DNA of 63,868 nucleotides, counting the filler, from Calcarisporiella thermophila CBS 279.70 (Eukaryota; Fungi; Calcarisporiellomycota), in assembly GCF_041956535.1 (NCBI RefSeq). It is 5 parts of 5 records of this genome, joined end to end, with 100 filler letters (N's around TTAATTAATTAA, not from the genome) between each part and the next. Parts side by side here need not be neighbours in the genome. Positions count along the whole stretch, not along the records: positions 1 to 27,319 come from NW_027192198.1; 4 more parts are not named here. One strand, given 5' to 3'. Under the pieces are notes generated by a model. The model was not told the DNA's origin. It saw nothing but the letters and a program-made list of their open reading frames with translations, and searched no databases. The stretch's first letter is position 1; each line of letters starts with the position of its first letter. The translations under genes and the position numbers were made by a program. Shown here piece after piece: positions 12,867 through 26,200 of the stretch.

Positions 12867-15517
12867 AAATAGCTGGTCTCCCAAATACTTTTTATCGAAT
12901 TGGTTCTCTGTATCGGCGTAAGATAAATATACTACTTAATTTAAGAGGTTGATCGGTATGGTGATGCCTCCTCTGAGCCCGACGTTATAAAATTCAAGAC
13001 AATACTGTGCAATTTTGCTGTGGTGATTATAGCTCCAGTAGAGAGAGGCAGTTCCACGATTTATAGAGTTAATTTAGATTCTCTGCTTCTTCCTTGCGAA
13101 GTGAGTATTGGGCTTTCAAATAGAGGTCAAGGTAAAGATGTCATTTTAAAATAAGATTTTTATGTGTAATTGGATTAAAAGACCCTCAGTTCTTCAATCA
13201 TTCGACTATTTTATACCCTCAGGACCCATTAGACTATTTTAGCTCTCTTATTTTCTCACTTTTTTGCTTCTTTCATTTGTCCTATCAGAAGTTGCTACTT
13301 CAGAAAGTAATTCGAATTGACTCGATGTCGTCAAAATAGGGCGCAGCATTTAAATTTTAATATTCATGCTTTTCTTAACACTTATTCTGAGCCAATTTCC
13401 CTGTATCATTGCCGCATATCTCCCTCTTCAGATTTGTTTATCAACCTCAGCTGTGTGCCTGTAACAATAATCTTCCATCATTGCGATTTTATCAAGCATT
13501 GGTGCTCAACAACGCATAATTGTGATTTTGGTGTGGCCTTGAATTATGCAATCTAACCTTTGTTGCAAAATTCCGTCGCCTGCGTTGTCTAGACCTGATG
13601 TTTCTTTATCAAGTTGAGAGAATCTTAGTATAGCGAATGATGATCCGAGCAAATATAGCGCGTTGTTTCTGATCCCTGGGCAATGTAAACTGATTTCGCT
13701 CATTTACATTTACATTTACATTTTATACTTTAGAGGCAGATTTATGAAGTCATGAGCTGTAGACAACTTGTATTGCGTTTTCGATTCGCTCTTACTGATA
13801 CAATAGTAAAATTTCCAGTGAGATGTCGAGTTGAATAACTTCGGCTCTTGTTGAACGAGACACATCTGTTGTCAGCGGTATTTGATGTAATTCCGCACAT
13901 CCATAATATCCAGCATCATTTTTGCCGTGATTTGACTGGAGAATTGTTTGAGCAAAGTGATCATAATTAACTTTCCTTTATCAAAAGCACCCATAAGTAA
14001 GACAGTGGCCTTTGGATTAGAATCAAGGGCTAAATTCTTCAAGATACGCAAGTTTGGATATGACGGATAGCAGAAGTACATACGGTATATTTGGAGGAAA
14101 CTTAAAGGCATACACAGTTCCATGACGTCAACGTATGCAAGTGTGGAGTCTCAACCAAGAATAATCATGAGATATTTCGTCACTAGCAACAAAGCTTGAT
14201 TGCCCACATTATATGAGCCCAATTACATAGGGTTAACTAATATAAAATGCCAAATTTTAATTAGCTCGCCTGACGTAAATGAAGATAGAGCGAGTGACAA
14301 TATGCGGAGGCATAAATAAAAAATGCAAATATAAAAGTATTAATAGTCGAGCAAATAACCAGATCGATTGCTTCGATCGGGTTGGTAAATTGAGCCCGTT
14401 TATCTATGACAGAACTTAGAACTTTCTACGAATGTGCACTATTTCTTTGGTAATTGATAATATTTTCTAATTTCCACAGGTTGTATAAGTCTTCTTAAAG
14501 AATATTAAGTATGCAAATCACCCCACATGTCTTATCACAGAATTCGACAGCTCTTAACCATTTCCGGAAGATGATGTTGGACAAGAAAAAACCGTTTTTG
14601 AACTATGATTAGTAATTAAACCCTTTCTTTAGAAGCTTTAATAGAAAATTCCTTTCAAACCATGCAAAAGCCGGTTTCAAATATTGATGTCTAAGCTTGG
14701 CTCGGCTTAGCTGAATTCAGAGCGGGGAGCTACGCTATAATCTCTATAAAGTGTAACCTTTAATATGCTTTTAATATACGTGTAGCGAAAAATAATTGTG
14801 CGCTGTAATAGGAACATGGGGGGAATGACATATCTTAAAATTCGTCTATATTACCGGGATAATGTTTTTTATATTAAATATAGAGGGTAATATATCCATG
14901 AAATTGCTTTTATATTTGTTTTTTTGGTACGCCTAATTCATGAAATAAGTGAAACAAACCAAAATAGTAGTTTCGAAAAAGCACTTCCTATTTAATTTGA
15001 TTGAGACCTAAGACTCAGAAACCGTTTTAGGGTTTAATGCGCTTTCCCATAAAGGTTCGGATTCGTCAATAAGAATCCCTATAGTTTCAAGCATTTGTTG
15101 CCAAGAGAGCAGACAAATTGATATCAAGCATAGAATTACTCCATTTGTAATTAATCCCCACGAATATATTTTCATTTTGGTTATACTCGTGTCAGCTAAT
15201 TAGAATTAGAGTAAAGCTGATAAATCTTAGGTGTCATATTCGTTTTCATTTGTACTAGCCGTTACCAGTATCCTTACAGTAGCTTAAGAGCCTTGAGAGC
15301 ATATTAGATACTCAAAAAATAATATGATGAGCAAAAGTTTATTGCAATTCCGATCAAGGTGTTAGTGTATATCTTGAATTATGTGTTGAACCATAAATTT
15401 TTAACTATTCTTGCAGTAACCTGAAAATCAAATCAACTCTCCATGCTGTTATTGATAGATTGACTAAAATAAGACAAGATTAATTCAATTATTCTGTTTC
15501 ATATATTGTAATGCAGG

Positions 15518-15622
15518 ATGGAATAATTTCTCCCGAGGGAATATACATGTTTTCTCGCGAGAATGAACTCATGTATTCTTCCGAGGGTAAACTCATGTAT
15601 TCTTCCGAGGGTAAACTCATGT
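15518..15622. repeat. 24-bp tandem repeat (AACTCATGTATTCTTCCGAGGGTA; 2 exact plus degenerate copies) upstream of the UGT
   Basis: Exact units at 15566-15589 and 15590-15613, with degenerate units before and a partial unit after. Confidence 0.8.
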
Positions 15623-15776
15623 TTATGTATTCAATTACAATAACAGATATTGGGTTAGTATCGAGCATGATTACAATTTTCAGAAATAAAGGGTCTGGAA
15701 ATTTTTATATTCCAAATTTTGAACTGGTTAGTTTCATATCTCAGCTTTTAATCATTTCGAACTTATCTGAACGAAC

Positions 15777-17237
15777 ATGGTCTCACCCGTTGCACATATT
15801 CTGATTGCTGCACCACCTGCTTTTGGGCACGTCATTCCCGCTGTCTCCCTTGCTAAAAGGATTGTTAGCACTCCTTCCTATTCTGAGAGAGATGATAAGT
15901 GCGAATTTGAAAGACATGTAACACTTCTTATCTCAAAATCATTTCTGCTGCATCCGAAAGGGAAGAGGGTTATCCCAACTACCGGGAATCGTTCTGATAT
16001 TCATCGAGGGCGTTATGGTAGTGTACGCATGGAACCTATTGAGGATGATGTGGATCCACTTGACTCGGCATCAAGCCAAGAAAGTGAGAAGTTTTTCAGC
16101 AGTATGCCGAAGCATATCAAAGCTATTGGAGAGTACTTACAATCGAAGAAAAAAAGCACCTTTCCACCATCCTGCATCATTCTTGACATGTTCAGTGGGA
16201 TGTTTGAGCCATTTCCGTTTGATTCTACTCCCTATTACTTTTTCGGTACCACCCCAGTTGATGCCACCCCCTCAACAACGGAATTGAAAATACGAAAAGG
16301 AGTCAACAATGCTCTTGACGCTTCAATCGAAGAATTAATGAAGGACGGACTAGAATGGCTTAGTCAACGAGCAGCCAAATCTCAAGGCATAATATAGAAC
16401 TTTGCCAATTGCATTGAGAGCAATTATCTGAAGTCCTTCGCTCCAAACACGCCAGTATATTGCGTAGGACCACTCCACTCTATTGGTATAGACGACGGAA
16501 ATGAAGCAAGTCATAATCAATGTGAAGGGCGGGTGGTCTATCAGTACGATCAGGCGGACTCAAACATCCAGCAGAGAATTCTTGGATCCTGGGTTGTGCG
16601 ATATCTCGATGAGAAGCCCCCAAATTCCGTGATCTACGTCTCCTTTGGAACCGTAGTGCGTCATAGTGATGCCCAAATTATTGAGCTTCTCAAAGGACTC
16701 GATGCTACCGGCAGAAGTGTACTTTGGAGTCTGAACAATACTCAACAAAAAGCGTTGCCCACCAAAGAAATGGTTTCTCCAGTGAATGGGGTGCTTGTAT
16801 ACAACAATGTTACCGTGGTGGAATGGGCACCTCAGAAAGCTATATTATCTCATACAAGCTGCTCGGCCTTTCTGACTCATTGCGGATGGAATTCTGCGTT
16901 TGAAAGTCTAATATGTGGGATTGGTTCTATCCACTGGCCAGTCTTTGGGGATCAGCCCGGCAATTCAAACTTGCTGGTTAGACTTGGAGCAGGGATTGCT
17001 TTCGATCTCAACCCCGATAAAACTTCCCAAGAAAATGCTTCAAATCCAAATTTGATTTCTGCTGAGTGTATTACCTCTACGATCGAAAAATTCTATAGCG
17101 TAAGCGTGACCAATGAAAATCCCTATACCAATGTGGCTAAAAAGATTAGTGCAAAGTTAAAACTGGCTTGGACTCCGGAGGGTGAGGCCTATCACGAACT
17201 TGGCAAGATTATTTCGCGAATGAGAGCCTATTCATGA
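15777..17237 (+). pseudogene. Intronless GT1 UDP-glycosyltransferase with PSPG box; single in-frame TAG at 16395-16397
   Basis: PAFGHVIP, CIILDMF, GII*NF...PVYCVGPL, SVIYVSFGT, WAPQKAILSH...FLTHCGWNSAFES...WPVFGDQ; both ORF-track halves are in the same frame. Confidence 0.85.
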
Positions 17238-17437
17238 TCAATCTAAGAAATATACTTCTCAGATTGAGAAAATGAATTTTGAGTTCATGTATTTTCCAAG
17301 ATCTAAATACTATATTCAGTATTAATTATTAGAAAGAGAATAACTATTTTTATAGAAATTGTATCACATTTGGAAGTTGATCATGGTATTAGTTAGATTA
17401 TAATATATTGATATCACTTTCGTAATGTACTGACAAC

Positions 17438-18195
17438 TTGAGGATGCAAGAATGCAGTAGGGCGCAAGAACTTTGGAATGAGACCACTGATCAGGATATT
17501 TACGTTAATACTGTTTGCCAGACGCTCCATCGCAATGATTTTGTTGCAAGTGTTCGGAGAAAAAGATCTCTTCTTACAAAAAAGCATCACCTCAGGAGAT
17601 TGCAGTTCGCAAGAAAATATAAAGATTATACCACTGAAGATTGGAGTCGTGTCATCTTTTCAGATGAATGCCAAATCCGAATCTTTGGAAATGAGAGGGG
17701 AGAGTGGTAATAGAAGAAGCGCAATGAACCTCTTCAAGCACGCCATATACAGCCCATAGTGAGCACGGAGGCGGGAAGCATAATGATGTGGGGTTGTATG
17801 ACTTCTCATGGAATCGGATTTTCATGCCGTATTATAGAAGATCTTGAAGCGGAGCTTTATTCACAAACCTTTGATGATGAGTTGATGGCTACCCTCCAGT
17901 GGTACAATCTGGACAAGAAAGAAATTATCTTCCAGCATGATAACGATCCAATGCACAAAGAAAACTAGTCAAACGATGGTTCCATACCAACCAGATTCAA
18001 GTTCTTGATTGGCCTTCATAATCCCTCGACCTTGACTCCATAAAGCATCTATGGGATGAGGTAAAGAGACGACCTGTGGGAAAAGGTGAATACCGTCTGG
18101 GAGTTGCTCACAAAGGATAATAGAGATAATTAATACGATACTAAGGCGGATTCAAGAAGTTATCAATGCTGGAGGTGGATATACTGAATTGTAGT
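17438..18195 (+). mobile_element. Truncated Tc1/mariner transposase remnant
   Basis: WSRVIFSDE, IMMWGCMT and IFQHDNDP motifs with stops and frameshifts; paralog of 62228-63865. Confidence 0.85.
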
Positions 18196-18454
18196 CTGAA
18201 TGTATTTTATATATCTTAAATATTGGCCATTTGTTTTAATGAGTCTGTGGAGAAAGAGAATAAAAAGTTGAAACCGTGAAAATTTCATAGTGATAAAATA
18301 TGAAATTTTCCGAAATAAATTAATATTTCTTGGGAGGAGAGTTAGCAATAGGCATTCCATTGTATACGGAGGAGTAGCAGAAAGAGTGGGCTTTTCAAAT
18401 AAACAAATGTTATGTATATAGGTGTTGTCTATGAGGAAATATTTGGGTTTAATA

Positions 18455-18996
18455 CCCTACAAAAAACTCTCCTGGTGAAAACTACTAGAAAACGTATAGA
18501 AGCATGTAGAAAANNNNNNNNNNNNNNNNNNNNNNNNNNNNNNNNNNNNNNNNNNNNNNNNNNNNNNNNNNNNNNNNNNNNNNNNNNNNNNNNNNNNNNN
18601 NNNNNNNNNNNNNNNNNNNNNNNNNNNNNNNNNNNNNNNNNNNNNNNNNNNNNNNNNNNNNNNNNNNNNNNNNNNNNNNNNNNNNNNNNNNNNNNNNNNN
18701 NNNNNNNNNNNNNNNNNNNNNNNNNNNNNNNNNNNNNNNNNNNNNNNNNNNNNNNNNNNNNNNNNNNNNNNNNNNNNNNNNNNNNNNNNNNNNNNNNNNN
18801 NNNNNNNNNNNNNNNNNNNNTCCCTAAATTTTTACAAACTTTTCACCTATTTTTCAAGATATTAATAATGGGAGAGGAGTCTACAAATTATAGTGAAATT
18901 GTTGAAAAATTATAGGGAATCGCGAACCTCCTCCACCTTTTCTACATGCTCCTATTCGTTTTCTAGCAGTTTTCACCAGACGGGTTTTTTGTAGGG
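18455..18996. mobile_element. Non-autonomous TIR element with CCCTACAAAAAA termini and 3-bp TSD (ATA); centre is an assembly gap
   Basis: Left arm 18455-18513 is the inverted counterpart of the end of 18880-18996; ATA at 18452-54 and 18997-99. Confidence 0.8.
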
Positions 18997-20241
18997 ATAT
19001 AAGGTGTCACAAACCTTTTAAGAGTAACTTTAGATATAGACAACGAGATCCTTCTCTAGCGTGTCAGTACTCCCAGCTCCCACTTTGCCTTGAAATATAT
19101 CTCAAACCTCTGTTTCCACTTTTTATCATTATTGCCGCTCGTTTTCATTCCAATAGTATTCATCCGAGCGGCATATGTGAAGTAGGGATCACACATAAAC
19201 AGTATATTCGCATCACTAGATGAGCAATTTTCAATTTTCCAGGGATGCTGTAAAGTAAAATCATCTAAGTATCTAACAGGATTTGTGGATACAATTTTAT
19301 CTGGAAAAGTCCGGCAGTTTTGTAAAAAAGTTGAAATATAGGATATATATTGCTGTAACCGGGATAGTTTATGAGAAAAATTTAACTCCTATTGATACAT
19401 TTCATTTCCCAAAAAAGCTTATGAATACAATATAAATGATGACGTAATGCATCTATTACACAGAATACTGAGCTGCTACTGACTACTAGCAAAATGTAAC
19501 AATTGCTGTTACTTTGTTTAGTTTCAGGAAGTTCTTATACTTTATGGCTGCTTGCTGGCAATATCATTATTTGGTTATATATTTTAAACGCTTTTTATTT
19601 TAGAATAAGAAGCGGAGTTATCACATTGATCACCTATCTCAAATTATCCAAGAAACAATTGCATTCTTAGATTTAAGCCGAATTTCGTATCAGATCTGAT
19701 CATGTTACTTGCATTCAGTATATCAACAAGCATTAAGCCTCCCAATTAATTGGTCAAATCCATTGAAGTTTTTGAACTACACCTTAAACTTTAAAGAAGG
19801 AATAATTATTTCGGATATTCATTTTAATAATTTTCAGGTGGAGCCTGAAATTATCTTAGGTAATACTATGAAATTGTGAGCATAAATTGTGTCAATATGT
19901 ATATATTTATTCGTAGCTTTTGCTAATCTAATTATAAGGACGGTCGATATAGCTATAATGTGAGTTATCAACAAAAAATCAATTTCACCTAAAAGTAATT
20001 TATATATATTAAATAGGGTTTACAATAGTAACTATGTTTCGTTTATATACAAGGTTTGTAACACACCCAAATCAATTAACTCTAAGCTTAACCTACAATT
20101 ATTTTTTTACCAGATTAGTATTATAAATCCCCCAGCCACGATAATGGCACTAATCCTGAGATATGTATAAATACACCTTAACCCATACCTTTATATTTCC
20201 AGCAATATCTTCTTACTTTTAAATTGCTTGCTTAATACGAC

Positions 20242-20571
20242 ATGGCCATGAAGCAGTCTCTAATTTTTGCCATAATAATCGGAGCATTTGCCCTTTGCAT
20301 GGGTTCTGCCTTTGCAGGCGTGGTGCAAGGATATACAAACAGCCGTTGCCAAGGTCAACCTGCGATAGATTCGCCTGGACCTTGCGAGACTCGATGCTGG
20401 AATATTCCTGCACGACCTCTTATCTATAGTTACTACTTACCCAACAATCCAGGTATTACAATATTCAAAGGGCGTGATTGCGGAGGAGCCGTTTTCCATG
20501 CGGATGATGGTTTCGGAGGTTGTGTTAGGGATGTCAGAGCAGAAGCTAACAGCATTGGTTTTGCTTGCTAA
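20242..20571 (+). CDS. Small secreted cysteine-rich protein (109 aa)
   Basis: Hydrophobic signal peptide, 6 Cys in the mature part, intronless, TATAAA elements upstream. Confidence 0.75.
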   Translation: MAMKQSLIFAIIIGAFALCMGSAFAGVVQGYTNSRCQGQPAIDSPGPCETRCWNIPARPLIYSYYLPNNPGITIFKGRDCGGAVFHADDGFGGCVRDVRAEANSIGFAC

Positions 20572-20669
20572 GTCATTGATCTGCTACAGGCATAGGTTCC
20601 TGCAATAGAAACGCTAATTTACTAGTACGTGATGGTTCAAATTATTTTTATATAAAGAATCTCTCAGAA

Positions 20670-20940
20670 TGTTGGATTTTAATAAGAATATATTAATAAA
20701 AAGGAAAGAAAAACAGACAGAAGGGATAACACAAATAACACACACCAAGGAACTCAAGATAGAAAGCACATACTATATATATATCTGATGGGGTAGGAGA
20801 TAGAAAAAGGGATAAAGATGGTGAGATGCATGCTCGTACATGTAAGGTGCGTGCTTGTACAAGTGTGCTATTAACAGACGTAACACAAATATTATCTAGA
20901 ATATATCAGACTACCAGTCACGCCTGGTCGTCCTCCAACA
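20670..20940. mobile_element. Solo LTR with 5-bp TSD (CAGAA)
   Basis: TGTTGGA...TCCAACA termini; CAGAA at 20665-69 and 20941-45. Confidence 0.85.
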
Positions 20941-21674
20941 CAGAATATTTTATTACCCTATCATTTTTATATTAAGCACAAATAATCTTTCAAAAACAAC
21001 TCCATTATACAAAGCATTTATATCATTGATAAACTCACTCGCACTGCTATTCCGCTGTAAATAGTTGGCTACCCATTGCTAACTCTCATTGCGAGAAATA
21101 TTCATTTATCTCGAAAAATTTCATTTTTTAACATAACGAAAAACATTTTATTCTCTTTTTCCATTGACTGATGAAAACAAATAACTAAAACTTAGGATAT
21201 ATAAAATACACACCGGTTCAAAGGACTCTGAGGAGTGATATATTTTTATTAAATTGGCTACAAAGCTTTTTGAAAAGAATTATCTTGCATCATAGTGCCT
21301 TGTTTAATATGCTAGGTGTTATCTTTATATTTAAAGGCATTTGGCAAGAAACGAGCCCCAAACTGGGAGACAAACTGGGTAATGAAAGTGGAAAGTGATG
21401 TTATAATAAATATAATTGCACAATAGGTTGGTATAGAGTTGGTATAGATTTTTTATTATGAGAATTTAAGAAGTGCGAATCGGCATCGAGAATTATAGCT
21501 TTAAAATATAGCGGGTATTCACCGAGATCGAGTGGGGTGATAAGGAACAGAATTCCACTTAAGATTCTTTATTTACCAGTATATACCGAGTTATGTTTCC
21601 AATTTCAATTAAACTTTTATTTTCGAAATTTTTATAAAGGCAATCGATAGGTTGCTTTTTTAAAGCCAAGGTAT

Positions 21675-22187
21675 TTACCAAAGCCAATTACTGCAACCAT
21701 AAGGAAGACCAAAGTCAAAGCCTCCAATACCATAAGGCAAGTATCCGTATCCAATTCTACCAAAGATATCATATGGGATACAATAGTCATATCGATGACT
21801 GCGTTTCACAATTGTGTTCGTATTAGCTGTGTTGTACACATTAGCGTGGTTCGTCGCATCGGCGCATTCACTAGCTTTGACGTTGGCAGCAAGGTTCGCG
21901 CGATGTTTGAAACAGTTATCCACATTGGCGGCATTGGCATAATATGCGCTGTTATAAATGGAGGGATAATAGTCATATCCGCAATATCCTCCATAGTTGC
22001 CATATCCCCCACATGGATAGCCTCTATATACATCGTAATCGCAATATCCACATGGATAATCCCAATTGTACCCACCGCAACGCTTGTCAACAAATTTAGC
22101 TACATTTGCAGAGGGAGAAGCGAGAGTAGGGCAGATAAGGACGGGCAGAGCAAAAGGAAGAAGCACAAAAGAGTAGTTCTTGAGCAT
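21675..22187 (-). CDS. Secreted Gly/Tyr/Cys-rich protein with Asn/Ala-rich core and KR sites (cell wall or spore protein-like)
   Basis: Signal peptide; VDKR and IVKR dibasic sites; GGY/YPC repeats. Confidence 0.75.
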   Translation of the reverse strand: MLKNYSFVLLPFALPVLICPTLASPSANVAKFVDKRCGGYNWDYPCGYCDYDVYRGYPCGGYGNYGGYCGYDYYPSIYNSAYYANAANVDNCFKHRANLAANVKASECADATNHANVYNTANTNTIVKRSHRYDYCIPYDIFGRIGYGYLPYGIGGFDFGLPYGCSNWLW

Positions 22188-23217
22188 TTTGTTTGAGCTT
22201 GTCGTTGATCGATTTTATTCGAAGTGTTTTGAGTATGACAGTAGTTTCAAATGACTCCCTTTTATATTCCAATAAAGTCCACACGATATTAATTCTGCGA
22301 TCCCAACTTGATAAATCTCTCAAACAACGAAATTATGTTATTCTGATGATATCAAATATGAAAAATACAAATTTAATGGATAATTACTGATAGACATTGT
22401 GATGATAAAAAGAGATTTAGAAGGCAGTTGCAACCACAAAATAAAGTATGATCCTTCCATCGACGTACATGAATCAAGTAGGGATGTCACATAATAAAAT
22501 TTCGACGCCTCACAAAAAGCCTGATGCGAGGTGTCAGCAGATTAACAGAAGCATGTATTATAGAAATTTACCATTATTTCATTTGATGTATCATTATTAT
22601 AGTTGCGAGGATCCTATAGTTAAAGAACCATTCCTATAATTATCAAACAGCTATCTTCTATTGATTAGGATGCTGCGCCATTTTAATGGTTTTTTTTTCC
22701 CTTTAAAATAATTCATTTCTACGAAATATGTCAGAAGAAATTCTTGATGAATAAATTAAAAACGTTTATGTCCCAAAAGAAAGCTTGTTCAATGTAAAAA
22801 GAAAAGTGTACACTATCATTAGGCAGCATTTAATTTCTTTAATAAAACACTTTTCTAACATACGATTGATATTATTCAACGTAAAAAAGGATGAAAATCG
22901 GTGCATGATCAAGATGGTTCTATACTCTCATTTTGTGAATATGTTGAATCATTAACACGGGCGCAAAACTCTCATTTGAGCCCATTTGGAGTTTGTATAT
23001 TGTTTGTATTTTGTGTTTATGAAAGAATATTTTAGTTGAGCGAAATGGTAATAACGAGGCATTTAGATGGCACTTTCTTGCTGGTACTCATCCAATTTCC
23101 ATTCAAGGACTAAGAATATGAAGGATTGCCAAATGTTGGCTAGAATACCGCAATTGATTAGTATGAATATCGAGAAAACAGGCAAACCATTTAAACGATT
23201 TGCACGTCACCCATTAA

Positions 23218-26200
23218 ATGCAGAGGATGGGCTGGAAAAATGGACAAAGCAAGTGGACTCCGTGTGTGGGAATGGTCAGCAGGATCCGTCGCGAATGTCT
23301 CCTGATTAGCGCGAAGGATAAACTTTCGTTACATAAGAAGGTGATTCTAAATATGACTTCTTCTGGAAGTTTCTTCATTAAGAGTTGCGGTAAGAAGTTG
23401 ATACCAAGAAGAGCAGCAGAATGCGAAGTGGTAACTTTAATATATATTTTAATAAATGCTCTATATTATTCACGGTTTATAAAAAATGTATATAATTATT
23501 CGGGAGAGCGCTTAAAGTGATCGAACAGGGGAATGATTTTACGCGTTCATAACTCTTGCAAAATGGCTTATCTTTGAAACCAAGTAGTGAAACATGTAAA
23601 GCAGGGATAAAGTCATCAACACTACATTGTGCTCTTATTTTACAATTCTTTTTGAGGGAGAAATGGAATATCAACTTTAAAACATAAGAACATTCAGTCA
23701 CCTTTCGAGGGCAGTTTACTTTCTCAAGCATTGTGGCGCAATTGAATGACGTTGCTATTCAACTAATTATACGAGTATTATTATCCGTCCATGAATATAT
23801 GGAAAATATATCAGATAATTTAGCCGTCAGTGAATTCGCAAGGGCTCCATATGAAGCATAAAGAGAAGAGAAAAAGTAAGTGTAAATATGATTGTTAAAT
23901 TCACTCTATTAATATGATTATTCTATAGAGAAAGCTGACAGTACGACTCCAAGACGGAAAAGAAAGAGACACGAATCAGATGAAATAATTGAGAGAGATT
24001 CTTCATCTATGAGATCCTCTCAAGAATTGACTGGATCATCAATAGCTGAATGCTCGAGATCTCGCAATACGGAAATATTGCCACTTCCTGTTACCACCAT
24101 TGCACCTTTAGTTCTTCGCAATCGAAATAAAGAGTTCAAGATTCCGGTATTTGATGAAAAGTATTATTCAAATCGAGATATAAGAAGGCGTAAGTATATA
24201 TATTTTTATATATTTCTAATAACTTATTCGTGCTTTTTTTTTTCTAGTATCGTTTTCTGATGCTATAGTTTGGCAAAAATATGTTCGTCACATTATTGGA
24301 TGGTATTACCCTCAAGGAGATGAAGAAGAGGACAGAATCGATCAGCAGTAATTAGCAAATCTTTTTAGAGATTCGATATTCACTATTTTAATCACGATTA
24401 GATTGATAGGTATTTAAAAGCTTCTGTGACAATGGCATCCCAGCACATTTTCCGAATCAATTTTTTATCAGCCTGGCCCTCACAATTAGTTTACAATTCT
24501 ACACTAAAAGCAGATGTGGAGATCTTCTCTCAATTCCTTAGTTCTTTGTCTTTCCAAAGTAATTTCCAAACGCTTTCACCTAATTGGCGCCATATATTTC
24601 AACTCCTTATTATTGGGGATGCAAAAGAAAATGCACTAACTGCCTTTGAAAAAACTTTTTCGGTAATCTTATATCAAATTCAATTTCTCATGCGATCGAA
24701 ATAATCGTTTTTATCAATAATTATATTATTTTAGAAGCTATCAGACGATATGAGGCAAGAAATACTTAAAGCGCGAATCCCTAGTGCAAGAGCAAACAAC
24801 TGGAGGAAATACTACCAAGAATCACCTGACTTCTCAGAACGTCTCTCCGGACGATCAATTCTTAATGCACTTGAGGCTCTTGAAAAGGCACGAAAAACAG
24901 TTGAGTTGGATTTTGGAGGACTGATCCTTGAGCCGCTGCTTGGAGATCCATTGCGCAAAGCTGAAATTCCAAATTTCTTTATCCAAAGAGAATTTAAAGT
25001 TCAGATGAACGATCATTGGACGTGTAAAGCCGATCTAGCTTGTGGAGTGAAGTTACTGGAAGAAGAAGTTCCTTTTTTAATTGTCGAAATAGAGATATCG
25101 AACTCTGCTTCAAACTCTGCTCACAAAGACACACGTAAGATGGCACAGTTACTTCGTCGCGCACTTGAGATGATGGCAGTTGGAATTCCTGATGGTGCTG
25201 TTGAAGAACTCCGGGTCTATGGACTTTTTCTCTCATTAAATGGCCGTTTTGAGTTTGTTGGAATGAGACCGGTTCGTGAGCGTATCGATAATGACAATAG
25301 CCATTTCAACTTTTGCCTTTTCGAGAAGCTACTTGCAGGAAGACTATTGTTTAGTACTGTGACTCAATCAAATATTAGTCATATTATCAAAATCAGTAGT
25401 TTCCTTCTTGGGCCTGTCAGAAGCGCAATGCTAAAAGTTCAAGATATCATTGGAGATGATGAAGGAGTAACCGAAGGTAAACATAATAATCTTTTTATGT
25501 ATATCCCCTTTATTGGAAAGTATATTTTCTGTTTATATCAGATCGCTTTCCTCCCCCTCTGAATCAACTTAAAACACGCGAGGGAAGCTCGAAATATACA
25601 CCTTCAAAGAAAAGTACTAGCAATCCGAGTAGATCAAAAGGTTTCGAAAGCACAAGCGATGAGAATAAAGAAAGTGGGGATATTCAGCAGATGCTCCACA
25701 ACGTCTCTAAATCAATGCTTGATTTATTGGAAAATATTGGTTATGAATTCAGACAGACCTTACATAGAGTAAGCCCTTATTTCTCATGGTTAATATTTAT
25801 AAATGACATATCCCCAATCTGTGATATTGGGCATCCATTTTACTTCTTAGTGTGATCATACAAGAGTTTTCGAACTTGTTCGTAAAAAAAAAGCTTTTGC
25901 ACTGGCGGTTAAGATGGGAAGTGGACGTGAAATTTCTCTTCTCCAGAAACTTAGGGTATTAATTATATTTCTCTTTTTACTAACTGATAAACAACAATTT
26001 CATGTATTCCTTACGCTCTAGGGGCTGCCAAATATTGTTCATTTACACGAAACTCTGTTGCTTAAAGGCTGTTACGGAATGATATTGGAGCGATTGAGCT
26101 TCTACGATAGGAAATTTTCCATGGTATTGCATTATTTTTTTCTTTGTAGTTATTAACATGTGATCTCATATAACATTTATTTTAGTTGCCAGAGATGAAT

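Noticed and set aside
13300-14130. Coding-like minus-strand fragments
   Set aside because: Short and stop-ridden with no recognisable motif.
15566-15622. Tandem repeat as a CRISPR array
   Set aside because: No spacers, no cas genes, eukaryotic context.
18412-18915. ORFs containing X runs (also 49235 and 61958)
   Set aside because: They span N gaps, transposon termini or a tRNA.
23307-23393. Five TAA/TAG codons in the frame of ORF 23067, initially suggesting TAR=Gln recoding or a RIP patch
   Set aside because: The +1 frame (23218-23520) is fully open over the same bases, so these are ordinary out-of-frame stops; genuine genes here end in TAA and TAG.
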